Source: a candidate division WWE3 bacterium RIFCSPHIGHO2_01_FULL_40_23
GTDB lineage: Bacteria; Patescibacteriota; WWE3; UBA101185; 2-01-FULL-41-18
Reading direction: 5' to 3'
Assembly: GCA_001772615.1 (NCBI GenBank)
Contig: MEUZ01000003.1
Location: 12,450 to 76,449 of the forward strand
DNA: 64,000 nucleotides
The notes beneath the pieces are model-generated. The model searched no databases. It worked only from the letters and a program-made list of their open reading frames with translations, and was not told the origin of the DNA. Below are positions 9,981 through 19,230 of the stretch, piece after piece. Every line of letters begins with the position of its first letter. Position 1 is the first letter of the stretch. Position numbers and translations under genes: made by a program.

Positions 9981-11095
9981 CTGCCTAAAACCTCTTCAAA
10001 TAATGTTTCAAGTTTATTTATCTCCATCTGAATCAGATTTTCCTTCATTACCATATCATATCCGGCAAGAGAAACTTTCTCCCTTAACCTTTTACTTCTT
10101 ATAACTTCTTTTAAAACTTTTGTTAGTTCCTTACTACTCTCGCTATCAATTGAAATTCCTGTTTTTTTACCAAATATTATTTCGGAAGTACCTCCCAAAT
10201 CCGTAGCAACAACAGGAAGCCTCGTCATTAAAGCTTCAATAATACTTGTGGCATAAGGTTCTGGTTCTCTTGCAGGATGAACAAAAAGATCCAGACACTT
10301 TAAAATCAAAGCTACATCTTTCCTATACCCCAGAAAAATAATTCTACCTTTTTCACTATATTTCAGAATGTTAGCTATCTCTTTTAAGAACTCTTCCTCC
10401 TTATCGTCAAACACTCCCGCAATAAGACACACAATATTTCGTTTTTTCAGATCTAAAATTGATTTTACCAGTATGTCTATTCCTTTCCATCTGGCCAGTC
10501 TTCCAATAAAACCTATCACAAACTTTCCCTTTAAACCGTAGTCGTTTTTAAACCTTTGAATATCGCGACTAGAAACCTTTCTTAACCTTAAATACATGTC
10601 ACTTGATACATGAACTACTATATTCTTATCCCCTTTTACTCCATAAAAGTTTATTAAGCTTTCAGAAACGTAAATAATTTTTGATGGAACCCATTTAAGC
10701 AAGCTAAATAAAATCCTTGAGTAACAGTAGTCTCTCACGCACCAAATTACCTTTCTTCCGGTTAAAAAAGAGGCTATCGTTCCAGGATACATTCCCCTTT
10801 CAGTATTTGTGACAACCAAGCTTATCTTTTCTTTATAAATAATTATTAATATCTGTAACACAAGTTTAAAAAGATCAATTATCACAAAGGGAGAAAACCT
10901 TTTTAATTTTGGGAAATCCAAAATATACAAAGAATCAGAATATTTTTTATAATCTTTAAGGAGTTCTACCCTACTCCCTGAAGTAATTAATACTTTCTTA
11001 TATTTATTTTTATTAAGATACTTCAAATAATTCATTAATACGAGCTGTGCACCGCCAACCACACTTGCGTGATCAATAAATAAAATGTTTGTCAT
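9977..11095 (-). CDS. Glycosyltransferase family 4
   Basis: GGAQ, FIGRLARWKG, EPYATSIIEAL...PVVATDLGG. Confidence 0.93.
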   Translation of the reverse strand: MTNILFIDHASVVGGAQLVLMNYLKYLNKNKYKKVLITSGSRVELLKDYKKYSDSLYILDFPKLKRFSPFVIIDLFKLVLQILIIIYKEKISLVVTNTERGMYPGTIASFLTGRKVIWCVRDYCYSRILFSLLKWVPSKIIYVSESLINFYGVKGDKNIVVHVSSDMYLRLRKVSSRDIQRFKNDYGLKGKFVIGFIGRLARWKGIDILVKSILDLKKRNIVCLIAGVFDDKEEEFLKEIANILKYSEKGRIIFLGYRKDVALILKCLDLFVHPAREPEPYATSIIEALMTRLPVVATDLGGTSEIIFGKKTGISIDSESSKELTKVLKEVIRSKRLREKVSLAGYDMVMKENLIQMEINKLETLFEEVLGR

Positions 11096-11970
11096 ACTTT
11101 TAGCCTCTCAATATCTTCATAAAATTTCAGTTTTCCAACATTTCTAAAGATAAAAGCTAAGGTCTCACAATAAACCATGTCTATCCTAAACCTTGCCGAT
11201 ACCAAAGAATAAAAAAGGTGCAAAGGAGATAAAAAAAGCCTTACTGTAATTTCCCGTTTACTTTGCATTCTTCCTTTAAGCTTTGAGTATAAAAGAACAC
11301 CGCATCCCCTATGCATTGACTGCCTGAAAAAAGATTTAAAAGTAAGTTTGTTATCGTGAAGAATTGGAACAGGAACGTATAAAAATCTTTTTCTTCTTTT
11401 TAACCCTTTTTCTTTAAGTAGAGCATCCTCTCCTGAACAATAATAAGGTATCCTCTCATTAAATCCTCCAAGCTCCCAAAAAGCATCCTTTCTGTATGCT
11501 ATGTTACCAAGAGCAAAAGGAAGTTCGTTTCTTTCCTTACTTATATATTCTTTCTCCTCTCTTACATAACGTTTATAAACATAGCTTTCATACCTACAGT
11601 AGATTGACTTCCCTAAGTTTACATAGCTCCCCCCTGCCGAGAAGAGATCCGGATATCGTCTAAAAACATCAGAAAAGGATAAAAGCCAGTTTTTTGGCAC
11701 TAAACAATCAGAATCTGTAAAAGCAAGGTATTTCCCCCTCGCTTTGGAAGCCCCGAAGTTTCTTGCTACTGAAGGACCTGATCTTTCTTTTAATCTTAAA
11801 ATAGTCACATCCTCTTTTAAAAGAAGTTTATGAGTCCCGTCGGTAGAGGCGTCATCAACAACAATGATCTCAAATTTGTCAGATGGAAAATCCTGATTGT
11901 AAATTGACTTAAGGCATTTAAGAATCTCCCGCTTCCTGTTGTAAGTAGGGATGATTACGGAAAAGAGCAT
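11092..11970 (-). CDS. Glycosyltransferase family 2
   Basis: SVIIPTYN, VDDASTDGT, FTDSD, GED. Confidence 0.94.
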   Translation of the reverse strand: MLFSVIIPTYNRKREILKCLKSIYNQDFPSDKFEIIVVDDASTDGTHKLLLKEDVTILRLKERSGPSVARNFGASKARGKYLAFTDSDCLVPKNWLLSFSDVFRRYPDLFSAGGSYVNLGKSIYCRYESYVYKRYVREEKEYISKERNELPFALGNIAYRKDAFWELGGFNERIPYYCSGEDALLKEKGLKRRKRFLYVPVPILHDNKLTFKSFFRQSMHRGCGVLLYSKLKGRMQSKREITVRLFLSPLHLFYSLVSARFRIDMVYCETLAFIFRNVGKLKFYEDIERLKV

Positions 11971-13229
11971 TACAATTTAATCCAGAGCCTTCGAGCAGTT
12001 AAAGCTAGTAGAAATAAAATAAGTAATTCGCTTATCCATGTTATATGAACTGATGCGTAAAATGAATATTTAGGTATTAACAAAACATTTAAAAGTAGAT
12101 TGGCTATAGACGCACTCAAATAAATAAAGGGAAGGTAATTTTGACCTTTTAATGTAACAATAAGCCATGATAGGGGCTGCGTAAGATAAAAAATAAAGAT
12201 AGTGCCAAGTAGCACTTTTAGAATAAAAACTGATTGATAAAAACCTTTTCCTCCAAGCGCGAAAATAACAAATTCCGATAAGAAAAACCCGAAAAGAGCG
12301 CATAATATTCCAGAAAGGAAAAGTATTAACGTTGACTTTGAAAATGTTGAAAAAAGTCTTTCTTTGCTGATGCTAAAGTTTTTGACCATTATTGGGTAAA
12401 CGGAATTCATAAAAAAAGTGGGTACAATAAGCGACACTTCAAACACCTTGTAAGGAAGGCCGTATATTCCAACAGTTTGAATGTTGTTTAAGTTTAATGA
12501 AGCGGGTAGTTTTAAAAAAGATAGCAACACCGAATCTGCTTTAAAATTTATTTGGCTAAAAATAAACATAAGTCCCAGAGGAATTGAGCTGACAAAGAGT
12601 CTTTTTGAAAGATTTGAATCAAATTTAAAAATGGGCGTTATTCCGACTTTCTTTAAGAACATAAAACTTAATAAGGCTTTAATGAATTCGGAAAATATAA
12701 AGCTGGCTACAATCAGGAAAATACTGCCTTTAGAAAAGATGATTACGGACGATAACAGCAAAGACATCAGACTGCCGACTGAATTTGCGTATGTTGTGAG
12801 ATCGTATCTTAGCCTCACTTGAAAACCGACATTTGAGGAAGAGTTAAAGGAGGTCGTAAGGATAAGTAAAAGACTTATTAATACACCAGCTTTAATTTTT
12901 GTGTCATAAGGCAAAAAGAGCAGCAATACTGAAGCCAAAAGTATTAAAACCACTGATAATAAAAACCTTAGTATAAAGACATTACCGATATGAAGATTAA
13001 TATCTTTATCATCAAGAGAGAGCTCTCTAGTTGAAATAGCATTAATTCCAAAGTCGCTTATTATATAAAATAAAGCCGGAAATGAGACCATAAGGTTAAA
13101 AGCGCCGTACCCCTCCACACCGTAGACCCTAGTGATAAGCATTGTGAGAATAATGGTCACACCCATGCTCACAAACTTTCCCAGAAATTGAGAGACTGTG
13201 TTGCTTGCGATTTTTTCTGCTGTAGTCAT
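11970..13229 (-). CDS. Wzx-type polysaccharide flippase (MOP family)
   Basis: About 12 TM; KIASNT, R.YG..GYG, VGIYG, LNVLLIPKY. Confidence 0.9.
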   Translation of the reverse strand: MTTAEKIASNTVSQFLGKFVSMGVTIILTMLITRVYGVEGYGAFNLMVSFPALFYIISDFGINAISTRELSLDDKDINLHIGNVFILRFLLSVVLILLASVLLLFLPYDTKIKAGVLISLLLILTTSFNSSSNVGFQVRLRYDLTTYANSVGSLMSLLLSSVIIFSKGSIFLIVASFIFSEFIKALLSFMFLKKVGITPIFKFDSNLSKRLFVSSIPLGLMFIFSQINFKADSVLLSFLKLPASLNLNNIQTVGIYGLPYKVFEVSLIVPTFFMNSVYPIMVKNFSISKERLFSTFSKSTLILFLSGILCALFGFFLSEFVIFALGGKGFYQSVFILKVLLGTIFIFYLTQPLSWLIVTLKGQNYLPFIYLSASIANLLLNVLLIPKYSFYASVHITWISELLILFLLALTARRLWIKL

Positions 13230-13241
13230 ATGAAAATTATA

Positions 13242-14432
13242 TCAGGGGCAGGTGATAACCTCTTTCTCAACATAGGTAAGTACCGGAGGCCTTCCTGAAA
13301 CTTTTTTTAAGCTTTTGATAAGATCAAACTGCGGGTAAACACTTCCATCTTTCTTCACCCATGAAAAGTGATCAAAAGGAGGGTCATAGTAAATGGTAAA
13401 TGGTGTTATAGCTACAACCCTATCATCCTTGAGCCATACTTTTTCAAAAGTCTCCTTAATATATGAGGCTACTGTGTTTGAATCGTAAAAGCCGTAGTTA
13501 TGATTCTTCCCTTCTGCATGAGGCCAGCCTGTTTCAGTAATAAACACAGGAATAGTTTCTATTCCGAAACGATTCTTTAACACATCAAGTTCCCATTCAT
13601 AACCTCTCACACTTTGCCTTCCGTATTCAGACGGTTTTCCAAGATATGCAGGCATTGGGTATGGATGACTTGCCCACCCATCGAGCTTTGAAAAAATACC
13701 AGGTGTACTGTCATTCATTCTTACCAAGTAGAGTTCCTCATCCATATACCCATTGAGATTCGGAGCTGTTGAATTAAAGGCACCGTTTAGCATAAAAAAT
13801 CCCTTGTCATAAGATTTGAACGTTTTTATTGTAAAATCAAGCACTTCCGCATATTCTTTTGGATTAACCTTTCCTTTCCAAAATCTGGAATCGTTTGTTT
13901 CGTTATAAACACTTATGTATTTCTTTTCTATAGGCCAGAGGAGTTTATTTAAAAAGTTTGCGGCCTTTTCCGTATCCTTCTTATAACTTTTTGCCGAAAA
14001 GTCCCATAACTGGATTATAGGAATAAGATGTTTTTTGTTAAGAAGGTCAAATATCTTTCTCCATTTAGATCCATCATAATCTCTTACATTATAAGGAATC
14101 AGTACGTAACCCCAGTCCCCACCATTTGAGTTAATGAGCTCGTCAGCCTTTTTTATGAAGTTTTCAGTGGAATAAACATAAAGACCAAACTTATTATTAA
14201 TATAGCCGATATTTTTTTGTACATCTCCTTCCCCTTTCCTATCCTCATAGTACTTATAAGTCAGGCTATCCTCAAAAAAGCAAGGTTCTACTTTAAACTC
14301 AATATCCGAAGGGTTCTCAAACTTACTCTCAAATAAAGCATCCTCGTTTAGGTTGACTTTTCTTGAGTAGACAAGGAAAGACACCAAAACTATTAAGATA
14401 CAAATTAAAGCTTTTCTTAAAGGTAGTTTCAT
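13242..14432 (-). CDS. Membrane-anchored clan GH-A-like glycoside hydrolase
   Basis: Likely start ATG 14432 (MKLPLRK + TM). VYNETN acid/base-like motif, ASHPY, VFITETGW nucleophile-like motif. Confidence 0.75.
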   Translation of the reverse strand: MKLPLRKALICILIVLVSFLVYSRKVNLNEDALFESKFENPSDIEFKVEPCFFEDSLTYKYYEDRKGEGDVQKNIGYINNKFGLYVYSTENFIKKADELINSNGGDWGYVLIPYNVRDYDGSKWRKIFDLLNKKHLIPIIQLWDFSAKSYKKDTEKAANFLNKLLWPIEKKYISVYNETNDSRFWKGKVNPKEYAEVLDFTIKTFKSYDKGFFMLNGAFNSTAPNLNGYMDEELYLVRMNDSTPGIFSKLDGWASHPYPMPAYLGKPSEYGRQSVRGYEWELDVLKNRFGIETIPVFITETGWPHAEGKNHNYGFYDSNTVASYIKETFEKVWLKDDRVVAITPFTIYYDPPFDHFSWVKKDGSVYPQFDLIKSLKKVSGRPPVLTYVEKEVITCP

Positions 14433-14447
14433 TGTTAAAATACCTAA

Positions 14448-15671
14448 GTGAAAAAATTTTTTACTCCAAGGGTAATTATACTTCATATCGCAACAATAAA
14501 CCTTTTACTTTTAGCGTTGGTTTTTATTATATTAAGGAAGACGGATGTAGTGTTCTTCTCCCCCATCGGAGAAACCATACAAGTAATAAACTCACTATTT
14601 AGTAAACCTCCAAAAAGAGTCGTTTATGGATACCTTCCCTACTGGATGTTAAACAATTCCAAATATATTGAATATGACAAACTCACGGACATCGCATACT
14701 TTTCTTTAAAAGTTGACGAAAACGGCAATTTTGTAGAAAAAGATGCGGAAGGAAACGTTGAGGACGGATTTAAAAACTGGAAAGAAAGTGAAAAGTTAAA
14801 AAAAGTCATTGAATATTCAAAATTGTGGAAAATCAGATTTTCCTTAACTATAACAGGAGAGAATGATGAATCCATTGATGCCTTCCTCTCTTGCAGGAAA
14901 TGCTGGGATGCTCTTCTGGCAAATGTTAAGCAGGAGCTAGACGCTAAAAGCATAAAAGATCTAAATATTGATTTTGAGCATGCAGACGAAACAACGGAAG
15001 AGGTATCAGATGCTTACGCTTTGTTTGTAAAATTTATGAATGACAGCCTAGATGAAACGTTCCAAGATTCGCGAGTTGTTGTCGCTTCCTTCGCAGATTC
15101 ATACAAAAGGAAGAGGGTTACTAACCCCACAAAACTTGCAGAAGCTTCGGACGCTTTATTTGTAATGGCTTATGACTTTCATCAGCCAACCTCTGAGAAT
15201 GCAGGTCCTGTCGCTCCAATAAACGGTTCACCTGAAAAATATGATTATGATGTTTCCAACGCCATTAAAGACTACAAAAAATATGTGTCGGAGCACAAGC
15301 TTATACTCGGCGTACCCTATTATGGCTATAACTTCCTGATTGAAAAACCTGAACCAGACTCCAAAAGAGTTATAGGAAACCCTTCAAACGGGTACTCAAT
15401 ATCGCAGTATTACGCAATGATTAAAGACAACAAAAATATCCCCCTTGAAAAAGCCGTATGGGACCCCACGTCTGAAACGCCTTATTTAATATATAACAGT
15501 CAGGAAAACGGCGCGCTAAGAGTTTTGCATTTTGAAAATGAGGAATCTCTTAAGAAGAAGTATGATATTGTTTTGGACGAAAACTTATTGGGAGTGGGTT
15601 TATGGGCTCTTGGGTACGATGGTGATTACGAAGAGTTCTGGGACGCCCTATCTGATAAATTTAAGAACTGA
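14448..15671 (+). CDS. Membrane-anchored glycoside hydrolase family 18 protein
   Basis: GYLPYW, LNIDFE, VMAYDF, LGVPYYG, GVGLWALGYD. Confidence 0.9.
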   Translation: MKKFFTPRVIILHIATINLLLLALVFIILRKTDVVFFSPIGETIQVINSLFSKPPKRVVYGYLPYWMLNNSKYIEYDKLTDIAYFSLKVDENGNFVEKDAEGNVEDGFKNWKESEKLKKVIEYSKLWKIRFSLTITGENDESIDAFLSCRKCWDALLANVKQELDAKSIKDLNIDFEHADETTEEVSDAYALFVKFMNDSLDETFQDSRVVVASFADSYKRKRVTNPTKLAEASDALFVMAYDFHQPTSENAGPVAPINGSPEKYDYDVSNAIKDYKKYVSEHKLILGVPYYGYNFLIEKPEPDSKRVIGNPSNGYSISQYYAMIKDNKNIPLEKAVWDPTSETPYLIYNSQENGALRVLHFENEESLKKKYDIVLDENLLGVGLWALGYDGDYEEFWDALSDKFKN

Positions 15672-16329
15672 ATTCCCCAACAAAGTCGGTTATGCTCTGG
15701 ATTATCTCATTTAAAATATCCTCGCTTTTTCTTATATTCTCGTCATTTGAAGCTAAATTGTGAGCTCCCCCTTTCAATTCAGTAAGTTTAAAATTCAAAT
15801 GGTTTCTTTCAAGAACCGTCCTGACATCGAAAGCCTTTATATATTCGTCATTTTCCCCTTGCAGCACAAGAACTGGAGATTTTAACTCCCTTAATCTTTC
15901 CTCGGTTATGTAATTTGTAATCGCTGGCTCATAAAAGCCTAATATGATGACCGGAGATCTTAGGTTATTTTGTATTAAGTACTCTAGCGACACTACACCA
16001 CCTATAGACTTACCCACAAGAAATACATTTTTAACCGGTGCATTATCAAGAAGCAAAGAATAGGCACTATCAAGATCCATTATGAGATCTTCAAACTTAA
16101 CCTCTCTAAAATCAATTTTTGAAACATAATAAAAGTTATATCTTAAAGCTGTAAATTTGTACTGATGATAAAAATGGTCATGAAGAGTTACTATTATGGG
16201 ATCTTCTTTATTTCCCGATGCATTGTGAGAAAAAAGGACAGCACCTTTTGGTTCCAAAACTTTATCTAATGTCCCCGAAAGTTTAGAACCCCCTAAAGAG
16301 AGTGATTTTATTTCAACATCGTTAAACAT
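15661..16329 (-). CDS. Alpha/beta hydrolase
   Basis: GKSIGG nucleophile elbow, QGEND, GAH triad positions. Confidence 0.88.
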   Translation of the reverse strand: MFNDVEIKSLSLGGSKLSGTLDKVLEPKGAVLFSHNASGNKEDPIIVTLHDHFYHQYKFTALRYNFYYVSKIDFREVKFEDLIMDLDSAYSLLLDNAPVKNVFLVGKSIGGVVSLEYLIQNNLRSPVIILGFYEPAITNYITEERLRELKSPVLVLQGENDEYIKAFDVRTVLERNHLNFKLTELKGGAHNLASNDENIRKSEDILNEIIQSITDFVGEFSS

Positions 16330-16332
16330 ACT

Positions 16333-16341
16333 AACTGGTGG
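16333..16341 (+). repeat. Candidate att junction distal to the tRNA (AACTGGTGG)
   Basis: Matches AATTGGTGG at 21610-21618 at 8/9. Equals the tRNA 3' CCACCA on the minus strand and sits at the composition boundary. Confidence 0.7.
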
Positions 16342-16376
16342 ACCATTCTGGACTATGTTGGAATAACTTGTAGTAA

Positions 16377-17228
16377 CTATGAGACTAAATAAATTCCAAC
16401 AACACTTATAACTGCGCCTACTATTTTCAACAAAGCATTATCTTTTTCTTTGAGTAACAAAATTCCCATAAACACAGTCAATATAACTCCCACTAGGTTA
16501 ATAGTTACCACTTTTGAAGGAAACTCTGCAATCTGTAAAGCTGAAAAGAAAGTTATAGCACCAATCCCATAAAATAGTGATGTAATCAACATTGTTTTGA
16601 TTAGACTTTTATTAAAAACTGTATTTAATTTTAAAATTATCTGTGGCTTGATAGCTAGCATTAACAATGATGGAAATAAAAAAGCTATAAACACAAATGG
16701 GTATAAGGGTATAGACTCCAGAATAATTTTGTCATTTATATTTGCTAGACCAAAGCATAACCCTGCTAACAATGCTGGTATATCGCTTTTGGAAACTGAA
16801 AGCGTACCTTTTCTGTAATTCACAATAATTACGCTTAATATTATTAGAATTGTACCTACTAATTCCTTTAACCCATAAGACTGACCCAATATTAAAACAA
16901 ACCCAATAGTTGAAAATAACGCCCTACTAGCAAAAATGACCACAAATTTAGATGCTTCAGTTTGTTTTAGAGACTTGAAAATAAAGATGTTACCTAATCC
17001 ATATAACACAGTCATGAAAATAAGGTTTACCAAAATATTACTCATGTTACTGAATACAAGTTTCCCTGTTGAAAGGGCGAAAGCACCTATCAAACCTGCA
17101 ACAATTAGTTGAAATACAACTGAAAATATAAAGGGGTCACTATCCTTATCCTTTAACATTATCCTTTGTAGGATAGACACAAAAGATGATAAGACAACGC
17201 TAATTAAAATCAATAATAGCCAACTCAT
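16377..17228 (-). CDS. EamA/DMT family transporter (element cargo)
   Basis: 10 TM in two repeats; ends MGILLLKEK...KIVGAVISVVGIYLV. Confidence 0.9.
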   Translation of the reverse strand: MSWLLLILISVVLSSFVSILQRIMLKDKDSDPFIFSVVFQLIVAGLIGAFALSTGKLVFSNMSNILVNLIFMTVLYGLGNIFIFKSLKQTEASKFVVIFASRALFSTIGFVLILGQSYGLKELVGTILIILSVIIVNYRKGTLSVSKSDIPALLAGLCFGLANINDKIILESIPLYPFVFIAFLFPSLLMLAIKPQIILKLNTVFNKSLIKTMLITSLFYGIGAITFFSALQIAEFPSKVVTINLVGVILTVFMGILLLKEKDNALLKIVGAVISVVGIYLVS

Positions 17229-18097
17229 AATGTTATGTTAGCAGAATTTAATGATTCTTTGTGATAGATTGCACTTTCCAACCTAATATTCAACTGGTGC
17301 TTTTTAACACAGTCTTTAATTATCAGGTCTAATTGGTCGCGATAATCTTTGTTTTTAGAGGAATAAAATTTCTCAAGCACAGCCTTATCTAATCCTACAG
17401 CTTCCTTTTTTAGCCTATTCAGAATATAGGTACTCAAATTAATATGCTCTACATAGATATCATTAGTACCTGTTTCCTTAATCTTTTTAAATAATTCATC
17501 TAATTTTTCAGGGTACGCGACAAAATGTGGAAGTAATGGTCCTACAAACGCATAGGTTTTTAAACCTTCAGAATTTAGTTTCCTTAAAGCTTCAAATCTT
17601 TGGGTAACATTAGGTGCATATTTTTCAAAATATCTTGATATACCATCTTCAAAGCTGGTAATTGTTAACCCAATTTCAATATTTTTAAGCTTTTGAAACA
17701 AATCAATATCTCTCAATACCAAATCTGATTTTGTTAATATACTAACTAATCCTTGATAATCTGCGTCAACTAACACTTCTAAGCATTTTCTTGTAATTTG
17801 ATATTTCGCTTCTACTCCTTGGTAAGGGTCTGTTACCGAGCTAAACAATATTCTTTTACCAATACCTTTATTTTTAAGTTTTAGTACCGCAGTTTTCAGC
17901 AATTCAGCGGCGTTTGTTTTAACATATACAAACTCACCCCAATCATTTATGTCTTTCCCAACATATCTACACATAAAAGACGCATAACAGTAAATACAAC
18001 CAAATCTACAACCTGTATATGGATTTACAACAAAATCCGCATCAGGTAATTTACTTGGAGTTAATATTGACTTCGCAACAACCTCTTTAATTTCCAT
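17225..18097 (-). CDS. Radical SAM protein, spore photoproduct lyase-like family (element cargo)
   Basis: NPYTGCRFGCIYCYA (CxxxCxxC), SSVTDPYQ, ILTKSDLVLRDID. Confidence 0.9.
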   Translation of the reverse strand: MEIKEVVAKSILTPSKLPDADFVVNPYTGCRFGCIYCYASFMCRYVGKDINDWGEFVYVKTNAAELLKTAVLKLKNKGIGKRILFSSVTDPYQGVEAKYQITRKCLEVLVDADYQGLVSILTKSDLVLRDIDLFQKLKNIEIGLTITSFEDGISRYFEKYAPNVTQRFEALRKLNSEGLKTYAFVGPLLPHFVAYPEKLDELFKKIKETGTNDIYVEHINLSTYILNRLKKEAVGLDKAVLEKFYSSKNKDYRDQLDLIIKDCVKKHQLNIRLESAIYHKESLNSANITL

Positions 18098-18126
18098 TAC
18101 CAGTGATTATACCGCGTGTTTACCCT

Positions 18127-18201
18127 ATCCCCCAACATTATAAGAGAAACAACACAACGCAGTTGTGTTAAAATCCTCCAAATGTTGGGGAGATTGGATT
18201 T
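18127..18201. repeat. Nested inverted repeats in the element's divergent intergenic region
   Basis: CCCCAACATT (18130-18139) and AATGTTGGGG (18181-18190) enclose AACACAAC-GCA-GTTGTGTT (18151-18169). Confidence 0.85.
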
Positions 18202-18223
18202 TCGCTAAAGCTTGGGGTACACT
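18194..18223 (+). promoter_or_regulatory. Candidate promoter of the element's rightward genes with an internal direct-repeat box
   Basis: TTGGAT-N18-TACACT, 9 nt before ATG 18233; the spacer holds TTCGC-N6-TTGGG. Confidence 0.45.
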
Positions 18224-18232
18224 CCTTTTGCT

Positions 18233-18997
18233 ATGGAGTTACGCGATATTAAATACTTAAAATCATTAAATCCAATAGAGTTTTTAGATAAACCAAGTAA
18301 GGAAACTGTTGAGTTTTTGGCTAAGTTTATGCAAGACCCTAACTTTGTTGCAGTAATCAAACAAATGAGAAGTTACTACAACTACCCTGAAACTGGTATT
18401 GATTTAACACCTTTTATTGGTAAAAACTTTTCAGATACTCTGACTGAAGAAAATGTATTACTAAAAGATACGCTATACCTAAATGCTGATAGGTTAAGAG
18501 AGAAGGTTGGATTAAACGCTGATTTTACACAACAGTTATATTTACTGATATATTTCAATTCATTTATTGATGTTGATTATTATGAGGGGTTTATCACAGA
18601 TAAGGTTGATTTTGCAGTAACAAAAAAGCAGATAATACTTAAACTACTGGATTATAAACAAGAGGTAGCAACAATATATATCCCTTACACCATGAGTTTT
18701 AATACTTTCATAAAACAAACAAAAGAAGTGTGGAATACCATGCAGGATGAAATGGATAAAAACTTAACAGATAATCCTTATGAATTAAGGTTACACAAAA
18801 ACACAGAATTAGCAGTTGAAATAACCAGATTAAAAGATACTGAAAACAAAACATTTTCTGAAATATCTGAATTATTATCTTCAAAAACTAAAGAGGTGGA
18901 TGAAAAGCTTAGTAATGAGAAGTATATTAAAAAACTATATTATGATTACAAAATGCTTTGGTTAAAACCACAAAACCCAGAAGTACCAAAAAGTTAA
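18233..18997 (+). CDS. Hypothetical protein with possible C-terminal helix-turn-helix
   Basis: Likely start ATG 18233 (MELRDIK). C-terminal EITRLKDTENKTFSEISELL...IKKLYY is HTH-like. Confidence 0.65.
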   Translation: MELRDIKYLKSLNPIEFLDKPSKETVEFLAKFMQDPNFVAVIKQMRSYYNYPETGIDLTPFIGKNFSDTLTEENVLLKDTLYLNADRLREKVGLNADFTQQLYLLIYFNSFIDVDYYEGFITDKVDFAVTKKQIILKLLDYKQEVATIYIPYTMSFNTFIKQTKEVWNTMQDEMDKNLTDNPYELRLHKNTELAVEITRLKDTENKTFSEISELLSSKTKEVDEKLSNEKYIKKLYYDYKMLWLKPQNPEVPKS

Positions 18998-19047
18998 TAA
19001 ACTTTTAGGGTCTGACCATTTAGTGATATAGCAATATTCTCCAGTTA

Positions 19048-19230
19048 ATGCTGGAGATTAAATCCCCTACAAAAGAAGAATTAGACCAACTTAAATGCTT
19101 TTTAGAAGCAAAATTTGGTATTTCTTTTTCTGATGATGAGGTTTTAGAAAGTTATTACTCCCTAACCCATTTAGGAAAAGCAATATATCTGTTTTGTAAG
19201 CAACAGGGGGTCAAAAATGAAATCTCCTGA
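19048..19230 (+). CDS. Small hypothetical protein of the element
   Basis: 60 aa helical ORF (KEELDQLK..LEAKFGISFSDDEVLE) overlapping the rep start. Confidence 0.7.
   Translation: MLEIKSPTKEELDQLKCFLEAKFGISFSDDEVLESYYSLTHLGKAIYLFCKQQGVKNEIS

Noticed and set aside
18098-18201. SAM riboswitch upstream of the radical SAM gene
   Set aside because: A TATAAT lies 8 nt from the ATG, leaving no leader, and there is no SAM riboswitch consensus.
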